This document shows positions 23,303 through 37,500 of a stretch of 64,000 nt of DNA, in pieces. Each line of letters begins with the position of its first letter. Position 1 is the stretch's first letter. Source of the stretch: Fimbriosthenelais zetlandica (lineage: Eukaryota); the NCBI GenBank assembly GCA_977030845.1, contig OZ365114.1, positions 26,536,001-26,600,000 of the forward strand, given 5' to 3'. The notes beneath the pieces are model-generated. The model was not told the DNA's origin. It did no database searches and saw only the letters and a list, made by a program, of their open reading frames with translations. The position numbers and the translations under genes are program-made.

Positions 23303-23620
23303 AAGGAACCTCGCCTTTATCATAACACACCTACAGGATGGTCCATAAAAATGAGACAATTCCAAATGTACAATATAAACCTCGCTGTTTCCCATTCAAA
23401 TATATCTTATAATAATTAGTCCATGTAGAAAACTCATTTGTTTCCATCAACTTAAATATAAAGGAAATATTATCCCCTATTGTACAAGGAACCTCGCCAG
23501 TGATGAGTTTTGGCAAGGGCAACCTCATCCAGCGTTTGTTTTGTTCAAATTCTTGAAAAAAGTGCATTATCCAAGCATTGTTTTTCTCAAACATATTGCT
23601 TGTACAATAAAATCGCTCCA
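23303..23620. repeat. Highly degenerate ~114-120-bp periodic repeat
   Basis: TGTACAA followed by ACCTCGC/ATCGC-like sequence at 23367, 23481 and 23601. AAGGAACCTCGCC occurs at 23303 and 23486. Confidence 0.4.
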
Positions 23621-24157
23621 CGAGGGTACCCTTGCTGACCCTCGCCATTGACGATTTAATTGTACGACATCCTGAACGTGAACAATTTTTTTTAATCATT
23701 TAACAAAAATGTTCAATATTTTCATCCAACTCTGTAGCAGTCTTTGGCTAAAAGACCAACTTCACTTTGATCAGTACTGACGTTCCAGAAGAGGATCTCC
23801 GGGTTTCCCCAGTGTCCACTCTAAGCACGGCGATACGGGGGCTAACCGTGGTGGACTTTGATGTCCGTCCTCATTCAACAAATAGAGATGGTCAGCTTGG
23901 GGTTTGTAGGGGACTAACGAGGGAGAGGGAAGTAGGAGACACCGCATGCCAGGTCTCATGGGGCCTCGTACGAGGTATATTTTCCTGCATATCCAACATT
24001 CTTTATTATGAATTTCTTATGCCAGCGTCTGTCAATTATTAAAATATGGACTTAACACCATGCTAGAAATCCTTCTGAAATACTCTAGCTACTGCAGTTT
24101 TGAAAGTTGGATAGAAGGATTGATGCCTAATAGCCTCTATCCACTATGCACTTGCGT

Positions 24158-24198
24158 TTGCATATGGGCTTGCATGTGGGCTTGCATATGGCCTTGCA
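24158..24198. repeat. 12-bp minisatellite, ~3.4 copies
   Basis: TTGCATATGGGC TTGCATGTGGGC TTGCATATGGCC TTGCA. Confidence 0.85.
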
Positions 24199-27100
24199 GC
24201 CCCAAAGATAATCGAAGCCTTAAAATCATTGAGGGGCTAGCCCACTTGCACATGCAGTGGATAGCGGACATGAATGTACATTGTAGTATAGATACTGCAA
24301 TACTGGGAAGCTACATGTAAGATATTTCACTTTCAAGATCAAATCTTGCGTATTTCTTAATAAATATGCAAGACTTCCCTCCTTTAGTACCTGAATATTC
24401 ATGAAACCATTAACTGGATCTTGATGTCATAATTGTACTATATGGTAGCAATATGTCGTACGCAATCTAAATGGGAGATCTTACACTCAATTTAGTGCCA
24501 CATACTTGGAAGACATGCCTTGCTTCTAACTGCTCGGGGTTGTTCCACTTCCCACTAGTCATCCCAATCAATTACTTAGATGCCAATACCTGGGAACTCG
24601 ATCAGAAAATATTTGAGGATGGTGGCATTCATTGATCTGTGGCGGAATAGGACAAAAACCTGATATTCTCAGCCTGTTCCCAGGCCTGGGTGGTCTCCTG
24701 TGGGAACGTGGCCTTATGGTTGATTACCGTCAACTGAGGATACAATCTACATCCAATCCCTCTCTATAATATACAGGCCCGCATTATACCTCACCTTTAC
24801 CTTATACAGTGCTTCCTAATTCTATTGTTAATTGCATTTGCATCACATAATAGGCCACTGGTCGGAATAATAAAACCATTGTTATGAGGTTATTTTCAGG
24901 TCCTAAATGCCTTGGCTAGCTGTGAGAAGGATCAAGGTGAATGCAAAAAGGACAAAAACCTTGGCCTTGCTCCAGTGATAAAGTAAGGATTTAGTAGGGT
25001 GTCATTTTGGCCGGGGCTGCCTCGTTAACTGACCTTGCAAGTTAAACCCTACCTGCTATAGGCAATAAGTGATTGGATGGGGCCCTAATGTAGGTAGCAA
25101 CATAATCACGCGATGGCCTCCTCCTGACCAACATAAATCAAGCGCAAATATGCATTGCAATATCTTAATGACATGCGTATAGGATTATCATTACGAGGCC
25201 TACATTTACCAATAGAGATGAATCAATAGATGATAAAGAGAGACAAATACAGACATGAAAAATCATTAATTCCACTCAGTATCTGGGATCTCTTATTGAT
25301 TTATTATTTTCAGATAAGAGGAGGTTAATCTCGCATCATCAATAAGTTGTATTATGTTGAGGATATTGGTGGAGATACCGTGTATAAGGTGGGAGGTTTG
25401 TGGACCCAGCTCCCCTGGTTGTGGAGAGGCTGGATTTAGGAGGTTATTAGGGGAGGGATCAGGGGTAGACAAGGAAGATGGTAGGATAAGGTGGAGACAG
25501 ATGGGTCGACATGGGCAGGAGAGAGTGAGAGTGAAGCTGCCTAGATTTTACTGCATATGAGAGCAGAATTTACTACCACACAGCTTCAGATACTTTAGAC
25601 GATGAACAAGTCAGGTCAGAAAGCAAGCCCGCTGAATAGGTCATGAACAAAGTCCAACCACCTCCTCCCAGCAAAATGACACATTAAGGATTAAGGATGC
25701 ATCTCCATCTCCATCCCACACTCCATTGACTGTATAGAGGAGTTGGCAATACCAATACAGTAGAGACTTGTAGTGTGAGTTTCCCTTTAGGTATTAAGAC
25801 ATTAGGTCCTCTCCCAGTAGCAACAAGGAAAGGCTCTCAGAGTGGTGAGAAGCCAATACCTCAGCCATGGTCGACATCTTATTAGCTTCAGCGCTTGACG
25901 CATTGAGCATGGAGATGTGAGGAGGATTGTTACAGGGGGTGGTGGGGCAGGGAAGGCTCACTTTCTGACAGTATAATGCACAGGGCGGCCCCGTGTGTCA
26001 GTCATGGTTAACTAATACCTTACAATGTCGACCCTCTGGTCAGGCCTATCACAAGAGACAACTCGCTAGACGGTATTATTCCCACTACCAGTTTGTCCCA
26101 ATTATCATCTGCATGAAATCTGTGTTCATTTTGCGCATCTACGCTGGAATGCCGCAACGATTTTTGAATGGAAAAAGCTACTTTAGGTTAAGAATAAGTT
26201 TCTATAGATTTAGTCTACATTGACATCAGATTCAGGAACTTATTCTGGACAATTCCGAGCAAAATGTCGTCAATATAAACGACAGTTCAAAAGATATATA
26301 ATATCTACTCCTAGGTGAATAAATAAACTACTTTTATTTTTTTTTGTTTTACATAAATTTCAATTAAATTATAATCCTGATCTTGACAGTGTGGGAACGA
26401 TTCCAATTGTGATTCCAATAAATTGGTTAACCCTTTTATTTCTGGTCCTTTACAGACCAATCATTCATATGATATCCATCCGCTTTGGTTAACACTGATA
26501 ACAGCACCCGGGGATGCATAACAGCAGCGAGTTGTACATTATTAACAATGGCATATGTTGGGGACTGACAAGATGAGCTAATGCCCATGAGGATGAGCAG
26601 CTGCCATGATTAGCAGGGATAAGGAGGGGAGATGAATCAATTAGCCTCATGTGAGAGGTGTTTATAGTATATTTGATAGCTCAGCAGTCAGCAGCTTTTT
26701 GTGTTAATCAATAAGAGCCTACTGCTGTCTCTGTAAATAAAGGGTAAGATGACCGACTTACAGAGCAGGTCAATCAATGATATAAACTATATATCAATGA
26801 TACTACACAATGGATACTCAATGTTACTATTTACAGTACAAATCAAACTTTATTCATGACTCAAGAGAAAATGAGGATCAATATAGCTATCAATAGAGGT
26901 GTCAGGGAAGGAAGAAGCTGCTTTTCGAGGAGTAACATGTATTCAGGGCGTCATTTGGGGCAAAAATGACCAAAATTACAATGCGTTAATACATTGTCCA
27001 ACGCTAAAGAGTTAAATGAAAATTAATGATAAGTAAATTTTTGATTGCTTGGCAAATTAAATATGATGGGAACTTCCTAGGGTTATTCCCTTTCTCACTG

Positions 27101-28317
27101 CAAAGAAGCATGACAAATAATTTGAATTAAGGGTGTAGATTCAATAATTTTTCAGTTGAATTGTAATTTCTTTAAGCCCATCATCAGAGTCGTGTAATGT
27201 GTGGGCAGGTAATAGATGAAGTATAACAGGTGAAGGGCCTACAGGTAACCTGACGCTAATCTCGTCTGGGGCTGGCCAGGCCGCCTCCGCTGCATGCTCC
27301 TTTCGTTATCAATGTCGGACTCCTGCTATGACACAATCTGGGAAACATAAAAACTGCACATCAATGTTTTACATGGGTCTGCCTCACCCTGCGTGCCCCA
27401 GGTCTGATTGAGTCATTATTTATTCACATTTATCCAGGCCTTAAGGGGGCCCGTCTCCATGACTCCGTCACGGTTGCTCGCTCAGACTGGGAACCTGCCA
27501 TTGCCTTCCTCAACATTGCCATCTTGACACACCTTCTCAGCTACCGTATATACCATAGAAAGTCATCATGGAAGAATAACCCATTAAGAGACCTTTTAGA
27601 CACCATGAACATGAACTTCGAAAAAGCTTTACAATACATGGTATAGATCATTTGCCTGATTTCAGCCATAATTGACCTTCTAGGGACTTTTTCAAAAGGA
27701 ATATGAACAATGCTAAGTCTATGATATATAGATGATTTGAAACAGGCTCCTGATCAGTTCAACGGGTAGACTATTCTTGTTGTTCAGTCACAAAAATGTG
27801 TCCAAACAAATCAATATATGGTACAAATCTTATATATGGTACCTCTTTAATAGGACTATTTTACCTCAGTCGTAAGTCAGATTTCTACAGCAGTAAGGTC
27901 CTGAAAGCATTACAGCAATTGGTGAGTGCATGCAATTATTTGCAGCCGAGTAAATGCAGGTCAATGGTTGTTAAATTACAGATAAACCCTAAGTCCCAAT
28001 GGCTTTGTGTGTCGTTTAATAATTAAGCCATAGCTGTAACCACCTCTATGCCACCCATGGTTAAGTGGTGGCTCCTTCACCTTCACAGTCACGTGGTTAA
28101 CTCATATAAAAAGTTTAAGTTGTTTTGCATTTAGGAAGGTGATAAATCTCCCGTGGTTCAAGGCTTGTTATTCTCTCTAACCACAGACAAACAGCTCCAA
28201 ATCATTATTCATGTATAGTCTCTATTCGGACCACCAATTTCCAACCCTAGATTTAAGGATCATTGAGACCAAAACATGTCATTATCAATTCACGGCCCTG
28301 GATGGCTGCCCTTGCTA

Positions 28318-28331
28318 TGACGTCATTTCCG
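28318..28331 (-). promoter_or_regulatory. Composite ETS-CRE-like motif
   Basis: TGACGTCATTTCCG, i.e. CGGAAATGACGTCA on the minus strand, matching the overlapping ETS/CRE arrangement. Confidence 0.35.
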
Positions 28332-31039
28332 TGAGGGTGTCATGCAATGATAGGTTTAGTTCGATTTTGGCCGCCAGAGGCCTGCCTTATCTGCCTGCCC
28401 CCAGTCATAATAAGTATTGCACTGGGCCAGGAGCAGCATGAGTCTACCCTAAATGACCCTGTCTTAATATCATTTATACGACCAGTGAAAAACACCTCTC
28501 CTCCACTGTTCACCAATTTGCATGGCAATTGCCTTCCACATTGGTCTACAACTGAGTTAGAAACATACAAATAGACCATGCAAACAAGTTTTTTGTGTTA
28601 TTCAATACAAGGCTTTCGATCCATGGCAGCCACTTTTATTGATGTTTAGAACATAAAATTGAAATGAAGGCTGTAATTTTATCATTGGGCGATATACATG
28701 GCTTTGCACGTGAGTTTCAAATATGGGTTGTCCTTGAATATTCAATTGCCAATGGTTGTGCTACAAAGCATGCATCTGGATAAAAAAAACAGCTTCTGGG
28801 AAGCAACAGTATAATGTATTACTATTGGAAACGGCCTTGACTTCCGATCCTCTGTCAAAATGTAAGTGTATACCCAACGTATCTAAATGATTACATTATT
28901 ATTTCTGACCCTAATCAACCTGGGAACATTGTTTTCTGACGAGGAACTTTCATAATAGATTTTCCCGATATTAAGGACTTGTATCCTTCTAGCATTAATC
29001 TCAGTGGTATGGAGCTGCTCATAATAGACTCGTATAGGGTTGATGAGTTGAGTAACTATCAGTTACACCATCCTCCCTTTATATCCACCCACCACTGATC
29101 ATCACAATCACCGCGTCCTTAGAGGATAATAGATTTTATCACAATTGTTATTGGCCAATTACTGCCTCGGTCATTCTCTTAATCTGCCATCATCTGACGT
29201 GATTGCTGCCTAAGCCTTGCATGCCCGCTTGAACTGCTGGTCGCTTCAGCATTTTGCATTAATCAGGCATTAATTAAGGGGAATTCGGAATTAATAAGGG
29301 GCAGATGAGGTGAGTGACCCCAACATTTACCCCCAGGATCAGGGGATTATGATGACGTGTGTTCAAATAATAATCGAAAATATGATTCATATTTTGACAC
29401 TGGAGTTATCGATGAAATATTGGCCAGTCTTGATCAAATTTTGTCTTTAAAATACTCATATTGCTATGTATAATACTTCATATAATGGTTGAAAATTTTC
29501 AGCTACTAAATGGAGAGCAGAAGGATGAATGAAATAAGATACAGGGAAGGGTAAAGACGTAAGTTGAACGGGACTATCTAGGACCACTGCACGAGTTGAG
29601 CAACAGACTGCTTGGTGCATTGTCACACATGCCGTTCAGTTCACAGAATCCTTGCCAGTCGTCAGGTGCTAGTCGCATGTATGTAACTACATACATGTTG
29701 ATAAATGTGTTCAATATTCAACCTTTGGTATTGATCTGGTAATTTCTCTACCCGTGACCTGGACAACCCATGATTGACCTGCCCTCCTAGATAGATCAAT
29801 ATGGAAACGCGGGAAAGAGATCTCCACATTCAAATGCTACCCTTAACACGGTCCCTGGCATTATTTTCACCCAGTCAAAATAGGATGATTAGAGGTAGTT
29901 GGTACATATCAAATCCCAGGTCAAATATTGAAAAATACCATTACAGGTACTTATTCATGGTGTAGCCTACATGTATATAGCATATATGAATATATTTGGC
30001 TTTAATATCCATAGCAAGGCAGATAAATTGACCATTCATCCGAATTAAAATTGATAGTCCAAAGCCAACACATGTATGTACATGTAGTCTCAAATGGAAA
30101 GTTCTATAACATTCCAGTTTCACAGACTTTCCTGTATATATAGAAGTATAGCCATAATTGAAGGCACATTATGTTTTCTATTTCGAAGTAGGCCTATGTC
30201 TTATTCCATTTCAAAACAAATATTCTTTTACTGCAGACGTCAAAGTGAATACAGAAACATCCTCAAACACAGGAGTTTGTTTTAGCAAAAACTTGTTGAG
30301 GCTCAAGACACCCACCAACAGCACCACCAGGCGGCAGTCAAGGTGGTCCCAATCTTTTCAATGTAACTCACTTCTTTCATTTTTTCCTCAGAAGAGACAG
30401 CTCAGAGGCCATGTTAACATGTTTATACACGGAGCTGGAGGGCATATACTGCATCTGATGGCAAACACAGACCCTTCAAAACCAAATCAACACACAGGCA
30501 AACCTCTCTGATCTCCCATGCTCTCTTTTTCATGGCTTGATATAAAACCATGAATCACAATTTTCAGGAGAATGAATCAGACTCTTGGGGTGGGTTTTTA
30601 TTAATGAAGGACTGTCAATGGTTTGGCTGACCTTTCTTTATGTCTTTTAGCCGGGGTAATTTGTCTCCTGTATGATGTGTGTGGTATTCTGGAGGTGGGT
30701 GGGCACGGTTAACTTTGAGATACATCCATGTAATGAGATCTGACAAGCTATAAACTCTATCTTATATAGGAGCTGTCCATTCTATACAAGATGCTCTATG
30801 TCACAGAACCCTAAACAATGAGGGTTCCGGAACCATCTAGAAGCATAATGGTTCTTTTGTCTTCCTGACTTTGCATTTGCATTCTCTTTGTTTATTCGTC
30901 AAAAGTCTTACATAGACTTTGGTTAATCTGCTGATCGTAGAATGAGGACAGATATTAGTCATTAATCTCTTCACCAGACACCGCCCTGTCTCACTATTAA
31001 TGACTTCACACCTTCTAACTTCAAACTATTCATCACAAG

Positions 31040-31100
31040 ATGGATATGTTGGTGTCATGAGCAGCTCGACAGGTGCTGGGGGAGCAGCTTATCCTCCAAG
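31040..31100 (+). CDS. Candidate 61-nt exon (phase 1 to 2): DGYVGVMSSSTGAGGAAYPP
   Basis: CTAAC at 31015-31019, CATCACAAG| acceptor (weak pyrimidine tract), open Gly/Ser/Ala-rich frame and AAG|GTAAGC donor. Confidence 0.3.
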
Positions 31101-31609
31101 GTAAGCTCAGGTACAGGGATAGCAATCAAAGGTGCAAACCTCCGTGCTTGAATACTCTAATCTAGTGAATATAACAAAGATTTTATGGGTTTTTTTTAAA
31201 GATTGTATGTTTAATATGTTTGACTATAGATCCACGCCAATAAATACCAATAAACCACTTATACTTATCAACATCAGTGATTCTGTAAATTATGCGTAGC
31301 ATACAAAAACTCCCGGACAAAGTTTCTTGAGTGCCTGGATAATTTTAAATCATTGTTAAAAAATAATTGGGGATAGCCTGAAGCAGACGGATATTGACAT
31401 CCCGAACGCTTAATGTACGTTAATTAACAAATATCATTAAAATGAGTGCACATGGTGATGAGAGATATCATAATAACATGTTCAGTGACATGATAGTCAT
31501 ATAGACTTTCACTAAGAGAACGCCATCCCTGTTAGAGTGCAGCAGGTATAAAGTTCTTACCTTGCAAGGTCAAACACCTTGATTTAAACCATCATCATCT
31601 CCTGAATCA

Positions 31610-31680
31610 GTTCCTCCTTCCTCCTCCAGCTTCCTCCTCCAGTACCTCCTCCCGCTCTCTAACCACCAACACCACCTCCT
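31610..31680. repeat. Degenerate (CCT/CCA)n low-complexity tract
   Basis: TTCCTCCTTCCTCCTCCAGCTTCCTCCTCCAGTACCTCCTCCC...ACCACCAACACCACCTCC. Confidence 0.7.
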
Positions 31681-34479
31681 GCGGTTAATCCAGCTTAATC
31701 CACCTTTAATCCTGAGAGATACCTCTATAGAGCACCAAGGTGATCACTCACACTGCACGCTTGACGTTCAGTGACCAATGTTCCGCATCATCAAGTATCA
31801 CCACACCGGTCACTGGTGCTCACTATCTGCAGCTCCCCTCAGCTGCCACGTGCACCTCCATCACACAGACCCCCAACACCAATCCAAACACCAAAATCAA
31901 TTGAGGATCGGACGGAGAGTAATCAGAATGTTCTCTCTCAGATAGAGTATGGTTGAATGTCGTGCATGGCAGCTGGTTTTACAGCACAGCATCAACCATC
32001 TAGATATACCTGTATGGGATAATTAAGCACGAGCTATTCTGTATAGTATTATTTCCAGAACTCCTGTGTGTGGAGCCACTCTGCAGGTATGCTCCCTTCC
32101 CTCCTCATCCCCTCATCCATCCGTACAAAGCGTTGTCAGTGGACTAGAACTTATCTATAATTCAGACTCGTTTTGGTTTGGTAAGTTAGACTGTATGTTT
32201 TGTCTGACGATCGATTCTGCCTTCCTGCCCCTTACTTCCTCTCGCGCATGCTCCGCCGATCGATATGCCAGGATTATCACCCTCGATCTGATCAACCAAT
32301 CACCTATTGGAGTTCATATATTTTTATCTCCATCTCTCTCATATGTAGGCTACGTATCACCCACTCCATGTCAATGACCATTACTCCCTTACCTTTCCAC
32401 TTCACTCATTCCTTTGATTTCTTGTTACATTTTCCACATTTCCCAACATATCATCCAACTCTTTCTACTCTCATGATCATCTCACATAATTTACCATTCG
32501 TTCCTCATTCACTACCAATTGATATCACCCAGTAGGTTGACTTATATTTTGGGATCCCACCGACAAAAACAACTTTAATTTAACCTTGCTTTTAGGCTTT
32601 TTACCTCTGGACTTCATGCCTGTCCTCACGCAGACCACCATCTTCACATTAGCCTAATTTCCACCTCAGGGCATCTCCAAAAACCAGGATATAACTAAAA
32701 CCTCTTAAATATCTTCTACTTTTTCTCTCCTTACCCTTTAAGTGCTTGAAAAGAGTTGACTCTGATATAGCACAAAGTACAAAACATGTTTTTGTGTAGC
32801 AAGTGTAAGATGCTGTGTTGTGAAGTATCTAATATAGGGTGTAGATATCTGTTTACCATGGTAATGTTATTTTGATCAACATCACTAATAACCACCCCCA
32901 CAAAATACCATATTGCATGATATATGTACCGGCAGTGGCCCATACCCCCTGGATCGACACAATGAGGTATATATGAACCTTCAGGCATGGGTGCGGATCA
33001 AAACCCTTCCCCCAAGTGGATGTCCCTATTTCCCTATTTGTTTGCTGGAGGCTACAGAAAAGAACTTGTAACCAACTTATTGTATATTGTCCGAGTATAT
33101 ACAGAGCGCTTTAGTGTTTCTGTTACTGCATGGGAATACATCCCAGACTCGCTTGTATATTGCAAAAGTAACAAAAACAATTGAGAATACTGCAGTTTCC
33201 ACAAAGTTATGCATCTTAAGGATTTGATGATTTGTGTATTTTTGTAGATGAGAGGGTCTACCTGCCAGGGAAGCATGTCAAAGTTAGTGTTAAAACACTG
33301 ACCAGATCTCACAGACTCTCCACACCTCCTTTAAGTTTTTCCCATATCTCTCAAGCAGTTACATGTACACCTCTCAACACCGCAAGTTTCCATTGACAGG
33401 AATGCTTATACTGAGCTCTGTAAATACCAAATGGTATCAACTATTTATGTGCTACTTCCACTCCAGATAAATCTGTACAACAAAAATCAAAACAATATCT
33501 GATGCTATTTGGAGGGAAAATACCATAGTAAATTGAAGGACAATCTTTGTATTGAAAGTATGATTAAAAATAAATGTTGGATGAGAAAGGTTTGGTAGGC
33601 ATTGGCTAGAGATATGTATGATTGTATTTGACATGAATTATGGAGGAGGTGTGCATGTTTCCTCTCTAGCATTATGAAGAATAACATTGCTTCATACATA
33701 TTTTATCCTGAGGATGCTTATAACTAATTACTGAGGTTAATTTTAGAGGAGAAGGCCTCGTATATGTATGATTCAGCACATGTTTCTATGGTATAAGACT
33801 GATCAAAGTCTTTGATATTGATTTCATGTCATGATCGGAATCAATGTGACAAATGATTGATTCATGTATTTTTCAATAATGGCGAGACGTCACACTTGAC
33901 TGCAGTCAGTATTATAATAGTGACACTTGACAGACATCAAACTGCACCCATTAAAATGTAAAATTCATGTGGGTTTGATTATGACTTGCACAACTCACTG
34001 TGGATCATCGACACCAATAGATAGTACCACATACAATATTATGTCCAACTTACTATGGCAACAAAAGTTGTGTTTCAATGCACAGGCACTACACTAATTG
34101 AATATGTAACTTAGTTCACATGTTCTGAAGTAATAGGCTACTCCATCAATGATCGGGAATTCAATGATATACCAGGATCTGTAAGTGATACAATCTGTAA
34201 CGGATTACAAAGATAACTATTGTAATTAATAATCCTAGAGACAGGCCAACAACATGCTGTTGATTCACACTTCAAATCAATTCAATCTTCAATTTAATTT
34301 GATGAGAGACCCAGAAGGAATCAATAATGTATGGCAGGCTACTGTATAGTTGGGAATATTAGTCTATTGGTCTGATTAAATTGAATAAACCCTCAGGGAT
34401 TTGAATGAGATACTTAGCTTTGTACACCTGTGTGAAACTATACATATTACTCAATAAACTAATCTACATAGAAGCTTAC

Positions 34480-34539
34480 CTTTACATGGGAAACTTATTG
34501 AAGGTAATCATTGTCACTCACCTATAAAATAAAAAAAAT
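34480..34539 (-). other. Candidate recursive splice site followed by a 42-nt RS-exon
   Basis: Minus strand: ATTTTTTTTATTTTATAG|GTGAGT, an acceptor directly abutting a consensus donor. After 42 nt comes AAG|GTAAGC, and the 42 nt contain stops in all three frames. Confidence 0.45.
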
Positions 34540-37500
34540 CGAGATTATGCACAAAGTTTGAACAATTTCAGTTGGAAGGTATGGAGAAATTCATGTAGAT
34601 GAACAACACAATTCAGGCAGAGCTACTAACATCTTAGGTCTATAAGGGAAAAAGTACCCTCCTGTAAATTTGATCTCAACTACAACTGTGAACATTTAAC
34701 TACCACGATTTCAATCTCAAATGAAATACCGAGCTAGAGGGTTTGTAGAATAGGTACCATTAGCTTTACAAATAGAGTAGAAAAGCCAGGGTGATGGAGC
34801 CAAATGGAGATGTTGGACGGGGGACTTGTTAATGGGTTTTTTTTCGGGGCAAGGTAACGGGGAGCAGTCTATTTGGCACAGGACACCAATATACCTACCA
34901 AGGCCTTGGAATTGTCACAGGGCATAGGGTTTACATGGTTCTCTCCAAGGTACCAGCGGAGGAATATTGTACTGTTCAGTAATTAAATCTAACTCCCTTT
35001 TTAATTCAGTTACCTATTGGTAAGGGTTCTTTTCTTTAAGGTGATTGGGGTATTGGGTTCCATTGAGCCCAGGAATTAAGCCTTGGGAGGAATATACAAG
35101 GTTTTACACTTTAAGGTATCAAATCCAAGCTAGAATAGTGATACTGAGGGATGAAATGTCTGCAGAATGAAGTAAATTACCGTCGACAGGCCGATTCTCT
35201 CTCCATCATCAGTCAATACACGCCTGACGGCGCCAGAGCTGACAAACTTTGTTAAATATTAATGTACTTTTCCACTCTTCGCTCCAGTCTTTCATGCATG
35301 GTTTGTATTAAGCAGGTCGTAAATCTGACAAATTCTGACTATTATATAGATGTTAACATGCATTATTAACATGACAAACAATGCACAGAATGCCAACATG
35401 TCAGCTTCAGATTTTTTGCTTCATAATATTATATTCTTCCGTATGATTACTACGTCAGTAGACTTGCGTCAGCTTACTATACTAGAACCGTGAATTGTGA
35501 TGGAACTAGCAACCAACAGGCAAAATGTGGGACATAATGAAATGAGAATTATGAGTGAATGTCGAGTACTTCGTGTATCGTTGAAAGGTATATCGTTAAA
35601 AGTTATGGAGGTTATGCCACCAGGTTCTTGGCACGATACCTCACATTCTGTTGTATTTATTCAGATTCTTCATGCTAGTATATCAACGTAAAATGTATAA
35701 TTAACGAGATTGTGTATACATCATCATTTAACTGACTAAATATTTAAGAAAGTATGCTATTTTATCTGCAATATCAATCCAGAATACAAATGGTATCGCT
35801 TTTCTGCAGCGCTATATATCAACACAGAACATTCAAATAGAAAGCATCATCGACAGGCAATGAAGGCAGGGACTCCCTCTTCAGGCGCTTCACTGCACTA
35901 ACGTTGACATTAGCCTATGCAGTTCACCTTTCAATGTCGTGACTTTATGGACCTACCTCTCCGGCCAGCCGGAAGGTGGGTTAAACGATGACGTCAGAGG
36001 AACTCAGATGATGTATTATCTGACTACCACTAGCCTACAAGGCGTTTGACAGACCGCTAGCGCCACCAAACGGTTGCAAAATGAGATAAGAAGGCTGTTA
36101 CTATAGCAAATCCTGGCTTTAAATGCACAGTGATGAACATTTTGGGAAGTCATTTCCCATCAGTTTCTTTATACAGGTGATCACACATTCACCCATTCAT
36201 TCTATAGAATTTTTAGAAGGCCTTATTTTTAATGGCCTCTTCTTTCAAGAAACCAGACGGGTATTGGTGTGACCTTAGCACCAAACTCACCAAAACAACT
36301 CACCAAATGCCCTGAGGTAACGTCTGGGTAGAATGTGGAGATCAGAAGAGCATAATGATGGAAACAACCCATCATTAGTCATCTAATTAGCACATATTTC
36401 AGCTGTAAAATACTGAAAATCCACTTTATAAATATTATCCAGAACCTGATGACTGCAGACTAACAACGCAAGTTAACCAATCACGGCAAAAAGGGGGAAT
36501 TCCAGGTACAGTGATATCATAAATCAGTGACGTGTAGTCTGCAGGCTGCCATGAACAAAATAAATTCACTTAATAAGTTACTAGTGGGTGGGCGAGATTA
36601 GGGAGTATTCTTTGTAAATGGGAGTTGGTTCCAATCGGAGCTTCAATAAATAACAATGATATATAACAAAGTTACAAAGCAGTCATAGTTATATACGGCA
36701 TCATACGTTCAGGAAAGGTCTCCTGACACTTTCTTTTAGGGGTTATAATTAAACAAGAACAAGTTCAAGGCACGTCAAGGCTACAGCCATCATGTTCACG
36801 AGTCAACCATTCCCGATCGGATGAAAAATCAAATTTAAAACGTCAAGGACGCTCCATCCAGCCTCGAGGTCCAAATATTATTTTCCAGCTCCAAATTTGA
36901 TCGGAGGTCTTTCAGGTTTCAGGTCACTCGGAGAAAATAAACATGTTATTGTTAGCAGGAGCGACCTCTGGCGTTGGTGTAAGATTATCACACATTAAAT
37001 CAATGAATTGAAAGTGAAAGAAGTGAAAGACGTGGCAGCTTTGAAAGGCTTGAATTTATAAAAGAAAATGAACTTAATTACACCAAGTAAACTAAATTAA
37101 GTCAAGTGAGAAAAACCCTGACCCCTAGTGGTCAGTATCCAGAACATTGTCCGAGAAATTAATCATGAAAGTACATTAAAGTACAAGTTGTTCGTGTTGA
37201 ATTACAACCCCCGAAGGACAATTTTTTAAAAATTCATCATTAAAAATTAATCCTGCGGTTTACAATTCAATTTCAACCAGTTTGATTGTGTATGACCAGG
37301 TGAAGGGAGTGTAATCTTGATGTAAAGTTAATCGTCCTACTATTGGATTTCTTGTATACAAGTATTGGTTGAGAGAGATCAGCCAGGCTTTATGTATATC
37401 GTATATCTTATCCTGCACGTCCACTATTTCATCAGGAGCCCTAGCCCACCATCCATATTACATGCCTCCCTCCCTCTGGAAATATTATCCCCAGCAATTT

